Source: Eledone cirrhosa
Taxonomy: Eukaryota
Direction of reading: 5' to 3'
Length of the DNA: 64,000 nucleotides
Assembly (NCBI GenBank): GCA_964016885.1
Contig: OZ024740.1
Location: forward strand, 35,526,001 to 35,590,000
Below are positions 52,000-64,000 of this stretch, piece by piece (position 1 is the first letter of the stretch; the number at the start of each line of letters is the position of its first letter). A program made the position numbers and the translations under genes. The notes under the pieces were generated by a model. The model saw nothing but the letters and a program-made list of their open reading frames with translations, did no database searches and was not told where the DNA came from.

Positions 52000-54900
52000 G
52001 TTGTGGTTTAACAGGCGACAGTTAGATGTAAGGTGTTGTGGTTTAACAGACGTCAGTTAGATGTAAGGTGTTGTGGTTCAACGGACGAGAGTTAAATGTA
52101 AGGTGTTGTGGTTTAACAGACGACAGTTAGATGTAATGAGTCGTTTAACAGTCATTAGTTAGATGTAAGGTGTAGTGGTTTAACAGGTGACAGTTAGATG
52201 TAAGGTGTTGTCGTTTAACAGGCGACAGTTAGATGGAAGGTGTTGTGGTTCAACATGCGACAGTTAGATGTATGGTGTTGTGGTTCAACAGGCGACAGTT
52301 AGATGTATGGTGTTGTGGTTTAACAGGCGACAGTGACATGTAAGATGTTGTGGTTTAACAGGCGACAGTGAGATGTAAGGTGTAGTGGTTTAACAGGTGA
52401 CAGTTAGATGTAAGGTTTTGTGGTTTAACAGATGACAGTGAGATGTAAGGTGTTGTGGTTTAACAGGTGACAGTTAGATGTAAGATGTTGTGGTTTAACA
52501 GACGACAGGGAGATGTAAGGTGTTGTGGTTTAACAGGCGACAGTGAGATGTAAGGTGTTGTGGTTTAACAGGCGACAGTGAGATGTAAGGTGTTGTGGTT
52601 TAACAGTCGACAGTGAGATGTAAGGTGTAGTGGTTTAACAGGTGACAGTTAGATGTATGATGTTGTCGTTAAACAGGCGACAGTTAGATGTAAGGTGTTG
52701 TGGTTCAACAGGCGACAGTTAGATGTAAGGTGTTGTGGTTTCACAGGTGATAGTTAGATGTAAGGTGTTGTGGTTTAAGAGGCGACAGTTAGATGTAAGG
52801 TGTTGTGGTTCAACAGGCGACAGTTAGATGTATGGTGATGTGGTTTAACAGGTGACAGTTCGATGTAAGGTGTTGTGGTTTAACAGGCGACAGTGAGATG
52901 TAAGGTGTAGTGGGTTAACGGGTGACAGTTAGATGTAAGGTGTTGTCGTTTAACAGGCAACAGTTAGATGGAAGGTGTTGTGGTTTAACAGGCGACAGTT
53001 AGATGTAAGGTATAGTGGTTTAACAGGCGACAGTGAGATGTAAGGTGTTGTGGTTCAACAGGCGACAGTTAGATGTATGGTGTTGTGGTTCAACAGGTGA
53101 CAGTTAGATGTATGGTGTTGTGGTTTCACAGGTGACAGTTAGATGTAAGGTGTTGTGGTTTAACAGGCGACAGTGAGTTGTAAGGTGTTGTGGTTTAACA
53201 GGCGACAGTGAGATGTAAGGTGTAGTGGTTTAACAGGTGACAGTTAGATGTATGGTGTTGTCGTTAAACAGGTGACAGTTAGATTGAAGGTGTTGTGGTT
53301 TCACAGGTGACAGTTAGATGTAAGGTGTTGTGGTTCAACAGGTGACAGTTAGATGTATGGTGTTGAGGTTTAACAGGTGATAGTTAGATGTAAGGGGTTG
53401 TGGTTTAACAGGTGACAGTTCGACGTAAGGTGTTGTGGTTTAACAAACGTCAGTTAGATGTAAGGTGTTGTGGTTCAACAGGCGACATTTAGATGTAAGG
53501 TGTTGTGGTTTAACAGGTGACAGTTAGATGTAAGGTGTTGTGGTTTAACAGGTGACAGTTAGATGTAAGGTGTTGTGGTTTAACAGGCGACAGTTAGATG
53601 TAAGGTGTTGTGGTTTAACAGGCGACAGTTAGATGTAAGGTGTTGTGGTTTAACAGGCGACAGTTAGATGTAAGGTGTTGTCGTTTAACAGGCGACAGTT
53701 ACATGGAAGGTGTTGTGGTTTAACAGGTGACAGTTAGATGTAAGATTTTGTGGTTTAACAGGCGACAGTTAGATGTAATGTCTTCTGGTTTAACAGGCAA
53801 CAGTTAGATGTAAGGTGTTGTGGTTTAACAGGTGACAGTTAGATGTAAGGTGTAGAGATTTAACAGACGACAGTTAGATGTGAGGTGTTGTGGTTTAACA
53901 GGTGACAGTTAGATGTAAGGTGTGGTGGTTTAACAGGCGACAGTTAGATGTAAGGTGTTGTGGTTTAACAGGTGACAGTTAGATGTAAGATGTTGTGGTT
54001 TAACAGGTGACAGTTGTATGAAAGTTGTTGTGGTTCAACAGACGAGAGTTAATTGTAAGGTGTTGTGGTTTAACAGACGACAGTTAGATGTAATGTGTTG
54101 TTTAACAGACGTTAGTTAGATGTAAGGTGTTGTCGTTTAACAGGCGACAGTGAGATATAAGTTGTTGTGTTTTAACAGGCGACAGTGAGATGTAAGGTGT
54201 TGTGGTTTAACAGGCGACAGTGAGATGTAAGGTGTATTGGTTTAACAGGTGACAGTTAGATGTATGGTGTTGTCGTTAAACAGGCGACAGTTAGATGTAA
54301 GGTGTTGTGGTTCAACAGGCGACAGTTAGATGTAAGGTGTTGTGGTTTAACAGGCGACAGTGAGATGTAATGTGTTGTGATTTCATAGGTGACAGTTAGA
54401 TGTAAGGTGTTGTGGTTTAACAGGCGACAGTTAGATGTAAGGTGTTGTGGTTTCACAGGCGACAGTGAGATGTAAGGTGTTGTGGTTTAACAGGCGACAG
54501 TGAGATGTAAGGTGTAGTGGTTTAACAGGTGACAGTTAGATGTATGGTGTTGTCGTTAAACAGGCGACAGTTAGATGGAAGGTGTTGTGGTTTCACAGGT
54601 GACAGTTAGATGTAAGGTGTTGTGGTTTAACAGGCGACAGTTAGATGTAAGGTGTTGTGGTTTAACAGGCGACAGTTAGATGTAAGGTGTTGTGGTTTAA
54701 CAGGCGACAGTTAGATGTAAGGTGTTGTCGTTTAACAGGCGACAGTTAGATGTAAGGTGTAGTGGTTTAACAGGTGACAGTTAGATGTAAGGTGTAGTGG
54801 TTTAACAGGTGACAGTTAGATGTAAGGTATAGTGGTTTAACAGGCGACAGCTAGATGTAAGGTGTTATGGTTCAACAGGCGACAGTTAGATGTAAGGTGT

Positions 54901-57900
54901 TGATGTTTAACAGGTGACAGTTAGATGTAAGGTGTTGTGGTTTAAGAAGCGACAGTGAGATGTAAGGTGTTGTGGTTCAACAGGCGACAGTTAGATGTAA
55001 GGTGTTGAGGTTTAACAGGCGACAGTTAGATGTAAGGTGTTGTGGTTTAACAGGCGACAGTGAGATGTAAGGTGTAGTTGGTTAACGGGTGACAGTTAGA
55101 TGTAAGGTGTTGTCGTTTAACAGGCAACAGATAGATGGAAGGTGTTGTGGTTTAACAGGTGACAGTTAGATGTGAGGTATAGTGGTTTAACAGGCGACAG
55201 TGAGATGTAAGGTGTTGTGGTTCAACAGGCGACAGTTAGATGTAAGGTTTTGTGGTTTAACAGGTGACAGTTAGACGTAAGGTGTTGTGGTTTAACAGAC
55301 GACAGTGAGATGTAAGGTGTTGTGGTTTAACAGGTGACAGTTAGATGTAAGATGTAGTGGTTTAACAGACCACAGTGACATGTAAGGTGTTGTGGTTTAA
55401 CAGGCGACAGTGATAGGTAAGGCGTTGTCGTTTAACAGGCGACAGTGAGATGTAAGGTGTTGTGGTTTAACAGGCGACAGTGAGATGTAAGGTGTAGTGG
55501 TTTAACAGGTGACAGTTAGATGTATGATGTTGTCGTTAAACAGGCGACAGTTAGATGTAAGGTGTTGTGATTCAACAGGTGACAGTTATATGTAAGTTAT
55601 AGTGCTTTAACAGGCGACAGTGAGATGTAAGGTGTTGTGGTTCAACAGGCGACAGTTAGATGTAAGGTTTTGTGGTTTAACAGGTGACAGTTAGATGTAA
55701 GGTGTTGTGGTTTAACAGGCGACAGTGAGATGTAAGGTGTTGTGGTTTAACAGGTGACAGTTAGATGTAAGATGTTATGGTTTAACAGACGACAGTTAGA
55801 TGTAATGTGTTGTGGTTCAACAGACGACAGTTAGATGTATGGTGTTGTGGTTTAACAGGCGACAGTTATATGTAAGTGGTTGTGGTTTAACAGGTGACAG
55901 TTAGATGTAAGGTGTTGTGGTTTAACAGGTGACAGTTAGATGTAAGGTGTAGGGGTTTACCAGGCAACAGTTAGATGTAAGGTATTGTGGTTTAACAGGC
56001 GACAGTTAGATGTAATGTGTTCTGGTTTAACAGGTGACAGTTAGATGTAAGGTGTTGTGGTTTAACAGGCGACAGTGAGATGTAAGGCGTTGTGGTTTAA
56101 CAGGCGACAGTTAGATGTAAGTTGTTGTGGTTTAACAGGCGACAGTTAGATGTATGGTGTTGTGGTTTAACAGGCAACAGTTAGATGTAAGGTGTAGTGG
56201 TTTAACAGCCGACAGTAAGATGTAACGTGTTGTGGTTTAACAGGTGACAGTTAGATGTAAGGTGTTGGGGTTCAACAGGCGACAGTTAGATGGAAGGTGT
56301 TGTGGTTTAACAGGTGACAGTTAGATGTAAGGTGTAGTGGTTTAACAGGCGACAGTGAGATGTAACGTGTTTTGGTTTAACAGACGACAGTGAGATGTAA
56401 GGTGTTGTGGTTTAAAAGGTGTCAGTTCGATGTAAGGTGTTGTGGTTTAACAGGTGACAGTTAGATGCAAGGTGTAGGAGTTTAACAAGCAACAGTTAGA
56501 TGTAAGGTGTTGTGGTTTAACAGACGACAGTTAGATGTAAGGTGTAGTGGTTTAACAGAAGACAGTTAGATGTAAGGCGTAGTGGTTCAACAGGCGACAG
56601 TTAGATGTAAGGTGTCCTGGTTTAACAGACGACAGTTAGATCTAAGTTTTAGTGGTTTAACAGACGACAGTTAGATGTAAGCTGTAGTGGTTCAACAGAC
56701 GACAGTTACATGTAAGGTGTTGTGGTTTAACAGGTGAAAGTTAGATGTAAGGTGTAGTGGTTTAACAGACGGCAGTTAGATGTAAGGTGTAGTGGTTTAA
56801 TAGGCGACAGTTAGATGTAAGGTGTAGTGGTTTAACAGACGAGAGTTAAATGTAAGGTGTTGTGGTTTAACAGGCGACAGTTAGATCTAAGGTGTTGTGG
56901 TTTAACAGACGTCAGTTAGATGTAAGGTGTTGTGGTTCAACGGACGAGAGTTAAATGTAAGGTGTTGTGGTTTAACAGACGACAGTTAGATGTAATGAGT
57001 CGTTTAACAGTTGTTAGTTAGATGTAAGGTGTAGTGGTTTAACAGGTGACAGTTAGATGTAAGGTGTTGTCTTTTAACAGGCGACAGTTAGATGGAAGGT
57101 GTTGTGGTTCAACATGCGACAGTTAGATGTATGGTGTTGTGGTTTAACAGGCGACAGTGACATGTAAGATGTTGTGGTTTAACAGGCGACAGTGAGATGT
57201 AGGGTGTTGTGGTTTAACAGGCGACAGTGAGATGTAAGGTGTTGTGGTTCAACAGGCGACAGTTAGATGTAAGGTGTTGTGGTTTAAGAGGCGACAGTGA
57301 GATGTAAGGTGTTGTGGTTCAACAGGCGACAGTTAGATGTAAGGTGTTGAGGTGTAACAGGTGACAGTTAGATGTAAGGTGTTGTGGTTTAACAGGCGAC
57401 AGTGAGATGTAAGGTGTAGTTGGTTAACGGGTGACAGTTAGATGTAAGGTGTTGTCGTTTAACAGGCAACAGTTAGATGGAACGTGTTGTGGTTTAACAG
57501 GTGACAGTTAGATGTAAGGTATAGTGGTTTAACAGGCGACAGTGAGATGTAAGGTGTTGTGGTTCAACAGGCGACAGTTAGATGTAAGGTTTTGTGGTTT
57601 AACAGGTGACAGTTAGATGTAAGGTGTTGTGGTTTAACAGACGACAGTGAGATGTAAGGTGTTGTGGTTTAACAGGTGACAGTTAGATGTAAGATGTTGT
57701 GGTTTAACAGACGACAGTGAGATGTAAGGTGTTGTGGTTTAACAGGCGACAGTGAGATGTAAGGTGTTGTGGTTTAACAGGCGACAGTGAGATGTAAGGT
57801 GTTGTGGTTTAACAGTCGACAGTGAGATGTAAGGTGTAGTGGTTTAACAGGTGACAGTTAGATGTATGATGTTGTCGTTAAACAGGCGACAGTTAGATGT

Positions 57901-60900
57901 AAGGAGTTGTTGTTCAACAGGCGACAGTTAGATGTAAGGTGTTGTGGTTTCACAGGTGATAGTTAGATGTAAGGTGTTGTGGTTTAAGAGGCGACAGTTA
58001 GATGTAAGGTGTTGTGGTTCAACAGGCGACAGTTAGATGTATGGTGTTGTGGTTTAACAGGTGACAGTTAGATGTAAGGTGTTGTGGTTTAACAGGCGAC
58101 AGTGAGATGTAAGGTGTAGTGGGTTAACGGGTGACAGTTAGATGTAAGGTGTTGTCGTTTAACAGGCAAGAGTTAGATGGAAGGTGTTGTGGTTTAACAG
58201 GCGACAGTTAGATGTAAGGTATAGTGGTTTAACAGGCGACAGTGAGATGTAAGGTGTTGTGGTTCAACAGGCGACAGTTAGATGTATGGTGTTGTGGTTC
58301 AACAGGTGACAGTTAGATGTATGGTGTTGTGGTTTCACAGGTGACAGTTAGATGTAAGGTGTTGTGGTTTAACAGGCGACAGTGAGTTGTAAGGTGTTGT
58401 GGTTTAACAGGTGACAGTGAGATGTAAGGTGTAGTGGTTTAACAGGTGACAGTTAGATGTATGGTGTTGTCGTTAAACAGGCGACAGTTAGATTGAAGGT
58501 GTTGTGGTTTCACAGGTGACAGTTAGATGTAAGGTGTTGTGGTTCAACAGGTGACAGTTAGATGTAAGGTGTTGAGGTTTAACAGGTGACAGTTAGATGT
58601 AAGGGGTTGTGGTTTAACAGGTGACAGTTCGACGTAAGGTGTTGTGGTTTAACAAACGTCAGTTAGATGTAAGGTGTTGTGGTTCAACAGGCGACATTTA
58701 GATGTAAGGTGTTGTGGTTTAACAGGTGACAGTTAGATGTAAGGTGTTGTGGTTTAACAGGTCACAGTTAGATGTAAGGTGTAGGGGTTTAACAGGCAAC
58801 AGTTGGATGTAAGGTGTTGTGGTTTAACAGGTGACAGTTAGATGTAAGATTTTGTGGTTTAACAGGCGACAGTTAGATGTAATGTCTTCTGGTTTAACAG
58901 GCAACAGTTAGATGTAAGTTGTTGTGGTTTAACAGGTGACAGTTAGATGTAAGGTGTAGAGATTTAACAGACGACAGTTAGATGTGAGGTGTTGTGGTTT
59001 AACAGGTGACAGTTAGATGTAAGGTGTGGTGGTTTAACAGGCGACAGTTAGATGTAAGGTGTTGTGGTTTAACAGGTGACAGTTAGATGTAAGATGTTGT
59101 GGTTTAACAGGTGACAGTTGTATGAAAGTTGTTGTGGTTCAACAGACGAGAGTTAAATGTAAGGTGTTGTGGTTTAACAGACGACAGTTAGATGTAATGT
59201 GTTGTTTAACAGACGTTAGTTAGATGTAAGGTGTTGTCGTTTAACAGGCGACAGTGAAATATAAGTTGTTGTGTTTTAACAGGCGACAGTGAGATGTAAG
59301 GTGTAGTGGTTTAACAGGTGACAGTTAGATGTATGGTGTTGTCGTTAAACAGGCGACAGTTAGATGTAAGGTATTGTGGTTCAACAGGCGACAGTTAGAT
59401 GTAAGGTGTTGTGGTTTAACAGGCGACAGTGAGATGTAATGTGTTGTGATTTCATAGGTGACAGTTAGATGTAAGGTGTTGTGGTTTAACAGGCGACAGT
59501 TAGATGTAAGGTGTTGTGGTTTAACAGGCGACAATGAGATGTAAGGTGTTGTGGTTTAACAGGCGACAGTGAGATGTAAGGTGTAGTGGTTTAACAGGTG
59601 ACAGTTAGATGTATGGTGTTGTCGTTAAACAGGCGACAGTTAGATGGAAGGTGTTGTGGTTTCACAGGTGACAGTTAGATGTAAGGTGTTGTGGTTTAAC
59701 AGGCGACAGTTAGATGTAAGGTGTTGTGGTTTAACAGGCGACAGTTAGATGTAAGGTGTTGTGGTTTAACAGGCGACAGTTAGATGTAAGGTGTTGTCGT
59801 TTAACAGGCGACAGTTACATGGAAGGTGTTGTGGTTTAACAGGTGACAGTTAGATGTAAGGTGTAGTGGTTTAACAGGTGACAGTTAGATGTAAGGTGTA
59901 GTGGTTTAACAGGTGACAGTTAGATGTAAGGTATAGTGGTTTAACAGGCGACAGCTAGATGTAAGGTGTTATGGTTCAACAGGCGACAGTTAGATGTAAG
60001 GTGTTGATGTTTAACAGGTGACAGTTAGATGTAAGGTGTTGTGGTTTAAGAGGCGACAGTGAGATGTAAGGTGTTGTGGTTCAACAGGCGACAGTTAGAT
60101 GTAAGGTATTGAGGTTTAACAGGTGACAGTTAGATGTAAGGTGTTGTGGTTTAACAGGCGACAGTGAGATGTAAGGTGTAGTTGGTTAACGGGTGACAGT
60201 TAGATGTAAGGTGTTGTCGTTTAACAGGCAACAGATAGATGGAAGGTGTTGTGGTTTAACAGGTGACAGTTAGATGTAAGGTATAGTGGTTTAACAGGCG
60301 ACAGTGAGATGTAAGGTGTTGTGGTTCAACAGGCGACAGTTAGATGTAAGGTTTTGTGGTTTAACAGGTGACAGTTAGACGTAAGGTGTTGTGGTTTAAC
60401 AGACGGCAGTGAGATGTAAGGTGTTGTGATTTAACAGGTGACAGTTAGATGTAAGATGTTGTGGTTTAACAGACGACAGTGAGATGTAAGGTGTTGTGGT
60501 TTAACAGGCGACAGTGAGAGGTAAGGCGTTGTCGTTTAACAGGCGACAGTGAGATGTAAGGTGTTGTGGTTTAACAGGCGACAGTGAGATGTAAGGTGTA
60601 GTGGTTTAACAGGTGACAGTTAGATGTATGATGTTGTCGTTAAACAGGCGACAGTTAGATGTAAGGTGTTGTGGTTCAACAGGCGACAGTGAGATGTAAG
60701 GTGTTGTGGTTTCACAGGTGATAGTTAGATGTAAGGTGTTGTGGTTTAAGAGGCGACAGTTAGATGTAACGTGTTGTGGTTCAACAGGCGACAGTTAGAT
60801 GTATGGTGTTGTGGTTGAACAGGTGACAGTTAGATGTAAGGTGTTGTGGTTTAACAGGCGACAGTGAGATGTAAGGTGTAGTGGGTTAACGGGTGACAGT

Positions 60901-63900
60901 TAGATGTAAGGTGTTGTCGTTTAACAGGCAACAGTTAGATGGAAGGTGTTGTGGTTTAACAGGTGACAGTTATATGTAAGGTATAGTGCTTTAACAGGCG
61001 ACAGTGAGATGTAAGGTGTTGTGGTTCAACAGGCGACAGTTAGATGTAAGGTTTTGTGGTTTAACAGGTGACAGTTAGATGTAAGGTGTTGTGGTTTAAC
61101 AGGCAACAGTGAGATGTAAGGTGTTGTGGTTTAACATGTGACAGTTAGATGTAAGATGTTATGGTTTAACAGACGACAGTTAGATGTAATGTGTTGTGGC
61201 TCAACAGACGACTGTTAGATGTATGGTGTTGTGGTTTAAGAGGCGACAGTTATATGTAAGTGGTTGTGGTTTAACAGGTGACAGTTAGATGTAAGGTGTT
61301 GTGGTTTAACAGGTGACAGTTAGATGTAAGGTGTAGGGGTTTAACAGGCAACAGTTAGATGTAAGGTATTGTGGTTTAACAGGCGACAGTTAGATGTAAT
61401 GTGTTCTGGTTTAACAGGTGACAGTTAGATGTAAGGTGTTATGGTTTAACAGGCGACAGTGAGATGTAATGCGTTGTGGTTTAACAGGCGACAGTTAGAT
61501 GTAAGGTGTTGTGTTTCTACAGGCGACAGTTAGATGTAAGTTGTTGTGGTTTAACAGGCGACAGTTAGATGTATGGTGTTGTGGTTTAACAGGCAACAGT
61601 TAGATGTAAGGTGTAGTGTTTTAACAGACGACAGTAAGATGTAACGTGTTGTGGTTTAACAGGTGACAGTTAGATGTAAGGTGTTGGGGTTCAACAGGCG
61701 ACAGTTAGATGGAAGGTGTTGTGGTTTAACAGGTGACAGTTAGATGTAAGGTGTAGTGGTTTAACAGGCGACAGTGAGATGTAACGTGTTTTGGTTTAAC
61801 AGACGACAGTGAGATGTAAGGTGTTGTGGTTTAAAAGGTGTCAGTTCGATGTAAGGTGTTGTGGTTTAACAGGTGACAGTTAGATGCAAGGTGTAGGAGT
61901 TTAACAAGCAACAGTTAGATGTAAGGTGTAGTGGTTTAACAGAAGACAGTTAGATGTAAGGCGTAGTGGTTCAACAGGCGACAGTTAGATGTAAGGTGTC
62001 CTGGTTTAACAGATGACAGTTAGATCTAAGTTTTAGTGGTTTAACAGACGACAGTTAGATGTAAGCTGTAGTGGTTCAACAGACGACAGTTACATGTAAG
62101 GTGTTGTGGTTTAACAGGTGAAAGTTAGATGTAAGGTGTAGTGGTTTAACAGACGGCAGTTAGATGTAAGGTGTAGTGGTTTAATAGGTGACAGTTAGAT
62201 GTAAGGTGTAGTGGTTTAACAGACGAGAGTTAAATGTAAGGTGTTGTGGTTTAACAGGCGACAGTTAGATGTAAGGTGTTGTGGTTTAACAGACGTCAGT
62301 TAGATGTAAGGTGTTGTGGTTCAACGGACGAGAGTTAAATGTAAGGTGTTGTGGTTTAACAGACGACAGTTAGATGTAATGAGTCGTTTAACAGTTGTTA
62401 GTTAGATGTAAGGTGTAGTGGTTTAACAGGTGACAGTTAGATGTAAGGTGTTGTCTTTTAACAGGCGACAGTTAGATGGAAGGTGTTGTGGTTCAACATG
62501 CGACAGTTAGATGTATGGTGTTGTGGTTTAACAGGCGACAGTGACATGTAAGATGTTGTGGTTTAACAGGCGATAGTGAGATGTAGGGTGTTGTGGTTTA
62601 ACAGGCGACAGTGAGATGTAAGGTGTTGTGGTTCAACAGGCGACAGTTAGATGTATGGTGTTGTGGTTTAACAGGCGACAGTTAGATGTAAGGTGTTGTG
62701 GTTTAAGAGGCGACAGTGAGATGTAAGGTGTTGTGGTTCAACAGGCGACAGTTAGATGTAAGGTGTTGAGGTGTAACAGGTGACAGTTAGATGTAAGGTG
62801 TTGTGGTTTAACAGGCGACAGTGAGATGTAAGGTGTAGTTGGTTAACGGGTGACAGTTAGATGTAAGGTGTTGTCGTTTAACAGGCAACAGTTAGATGGA
62901 AGGTGTTGTGGTTTAACAGGTGACAGTTAGATGTAAGGTATAATGGTTTAACATGCGACAGTGAGATGTAAGGTGTTGTGGTTCAACAGGCGACAGTTAG
63001 ATGTAAGGTTTTGTGGTTTAACAGGTGACAGTTAGATGTAAGGTGTTGTGGTTTAACAGACGACAGTGAGATGTAAGGTGTTGTGGTTTAACAGGTGACA
63101 GTTAGATGTAAGATGTTGTGGTTTAACAGACGACAGTGGGATGTAAGGTGTTGTGGTTTAACAGGCGACAGTGAGATGTAAGGTGTTGTGGTTTAACAGG
63201 CGACAGTGAGATGTAAGGTGTTGTGGTTTAACAGGCGACAGTGAGATGTAAGGTGTAGTGGTTTAACAGGTGACAGTTAGATGTATGATGTTGTCGTTAA
63301 ACAGGCGACAGTTAGATGTAAGGTGTTGTGGTTCAACAGGCGACAGTTAGATGTAAGGTGTTGTGGTTTCACAGGTGATAGTTAGATGTAAGGTGTTGTG
63401 GTTTAACAGACGACAGTTAGATGTATTGTGTTGTGGTTCAACAGACGACAGTTAGATGTAAGGTTTTGTGGTTTAACAGGTGACAGTTAGATGTAAGGTG
63501 TTGTGGTTTAACAGGCGACAGTGAGATGTAAGGTGTTGTGGTTTAACAGGTGACAGTTAGATGTAAGATGTTATGGTTTAACAGACGACAGTTAGATGTA
63601 TTGTGTTGTGGTTCAACAGACGACATTTAGATGTATGGTGTTGTGGTTTAACAGGCGACAGTTATATGTAAGTGGTTGTGGTTTAACAGGTGACAGTTAG
63701 ATGTAAGGTGTTGTGGTTTAACAGGTGACAGTTAGACGTAAGGTGTAGGGGTTTAACAGGCAACAGTTAGATGTAAGGTGTTGTGGTTTAACAGGCGACA
63801 GTTAGATGTAATGTGTTCTGTTTTATCAGGCAACAGTTAGATGTAAGGTGTTGTGGTTTAACAGGTGACAGTGAGATGTAAGGTGTAGTCGTGTAACAGA

Positions 63901-64000
63901 CGACAGTTAGATGTAAGGTGTAGTGGTTTAACAGACGACAGTTAGATGTAAGGTGTAGTGGTTTAACAGACGACAGTTATATGTAAGGTGTTGTGGATTA
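52000..64000 (+). repeat. Distal sub-domain with a distinct variant set and an about 4.9-5.4-kb higher-order period
   Basis: Offsets 54094->59198 (5,104 = 146 monomers) and 56996->62380 (5,384 = 154 monomers). Domain-specific variants GTTATGGTTCAAC, TTGATGTTT, TATATGTAAGTGG, GTGTCAGTTCGA, ACAGTTGTTAG, GTCTTTTAAC, GAGGTGTAAC. Confidence 0.8.

Larger units (their letters stand above)
1..64000 (+). repeat. Tandem satellite array, 35-bp monomer GTTAGATGTAAGGTGTTGTGGTTTAACAGG(C/T)GACA, about 1,830 copies, running off both window ends
   Basis: The 35-bp period is visible throughout. Monomers usually differ from consensus by 0-4 substitutions. No unique sequence or orientation switch was seen. Confidence 0.99.

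Noticed and set aside
54256-59534. Two minus-strand ORFs (54256-54456, 59325-59534)
   Set aside because: They are the antisense reading of the same monomer block. The starts come from incidental variants.
1-64000. CRISPR array (35-bp repeat length)
   Set aside because: Repeats abut directly with no unique spacers, and there is no leader or cas gene.
1-64000. Telomerase-made long telomeric repeat of the Kluyveromyces/Candida type
   Set aside because: The resemblance is only compositional. The array length and inherited multi-kb variant order do not fit templated addition of a uniform repeat.
1-64000. G-quadruplex array
   Set aside because: The consensus has only GG runs. GGG/GGGG appear only in scattered variants, so no canonical three-tier motif recurs.
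1-64000. Synthetic sequence or collapsed-assembly artefact
   Set aside because: Hierarchically shared variants, private substitutions in each copy and CpG-type decay look like natural evolution. Individual duplications still need read-level confirmation.

Overview
The whole 64-kb window is one uninterrupted, single-orientation tandem array of a 35-bp monomer (consensus GTTAGATGTAAGGTGTTGTGGTTTAACAGGYGACA, about 1,830 copies, about 43% GC, G:C about 12:3 on the + strand). I see no genes, RNA genes, transposon insertions, inversions or CRISPR spacers, and the listed ORFs are by-products of the repeat. The information is in the order of variant monomers. This order defines kb-scale higher-order repeats (a core unit of about 7.6 kb / 219 monomers in the proximal about 52 kb, and an about 5.1-5.4-kb unit distally) and a nested series of phase-preserving duplications (1.16, 1.26, 2.4, 3.46, 4.6, 8.2 and about 11.4 kb), one with a junction localisable to 2 bp. 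CpG sites decay to both TpG and CpA, which points to methylated eukaryotic satellite DNA. I cannot assign the organism or a function (centromeric, subtelomeric or other), and I found no evidence of a protein-coding or RNA-based system. Coordinates and counts were read by eye and are approximate.
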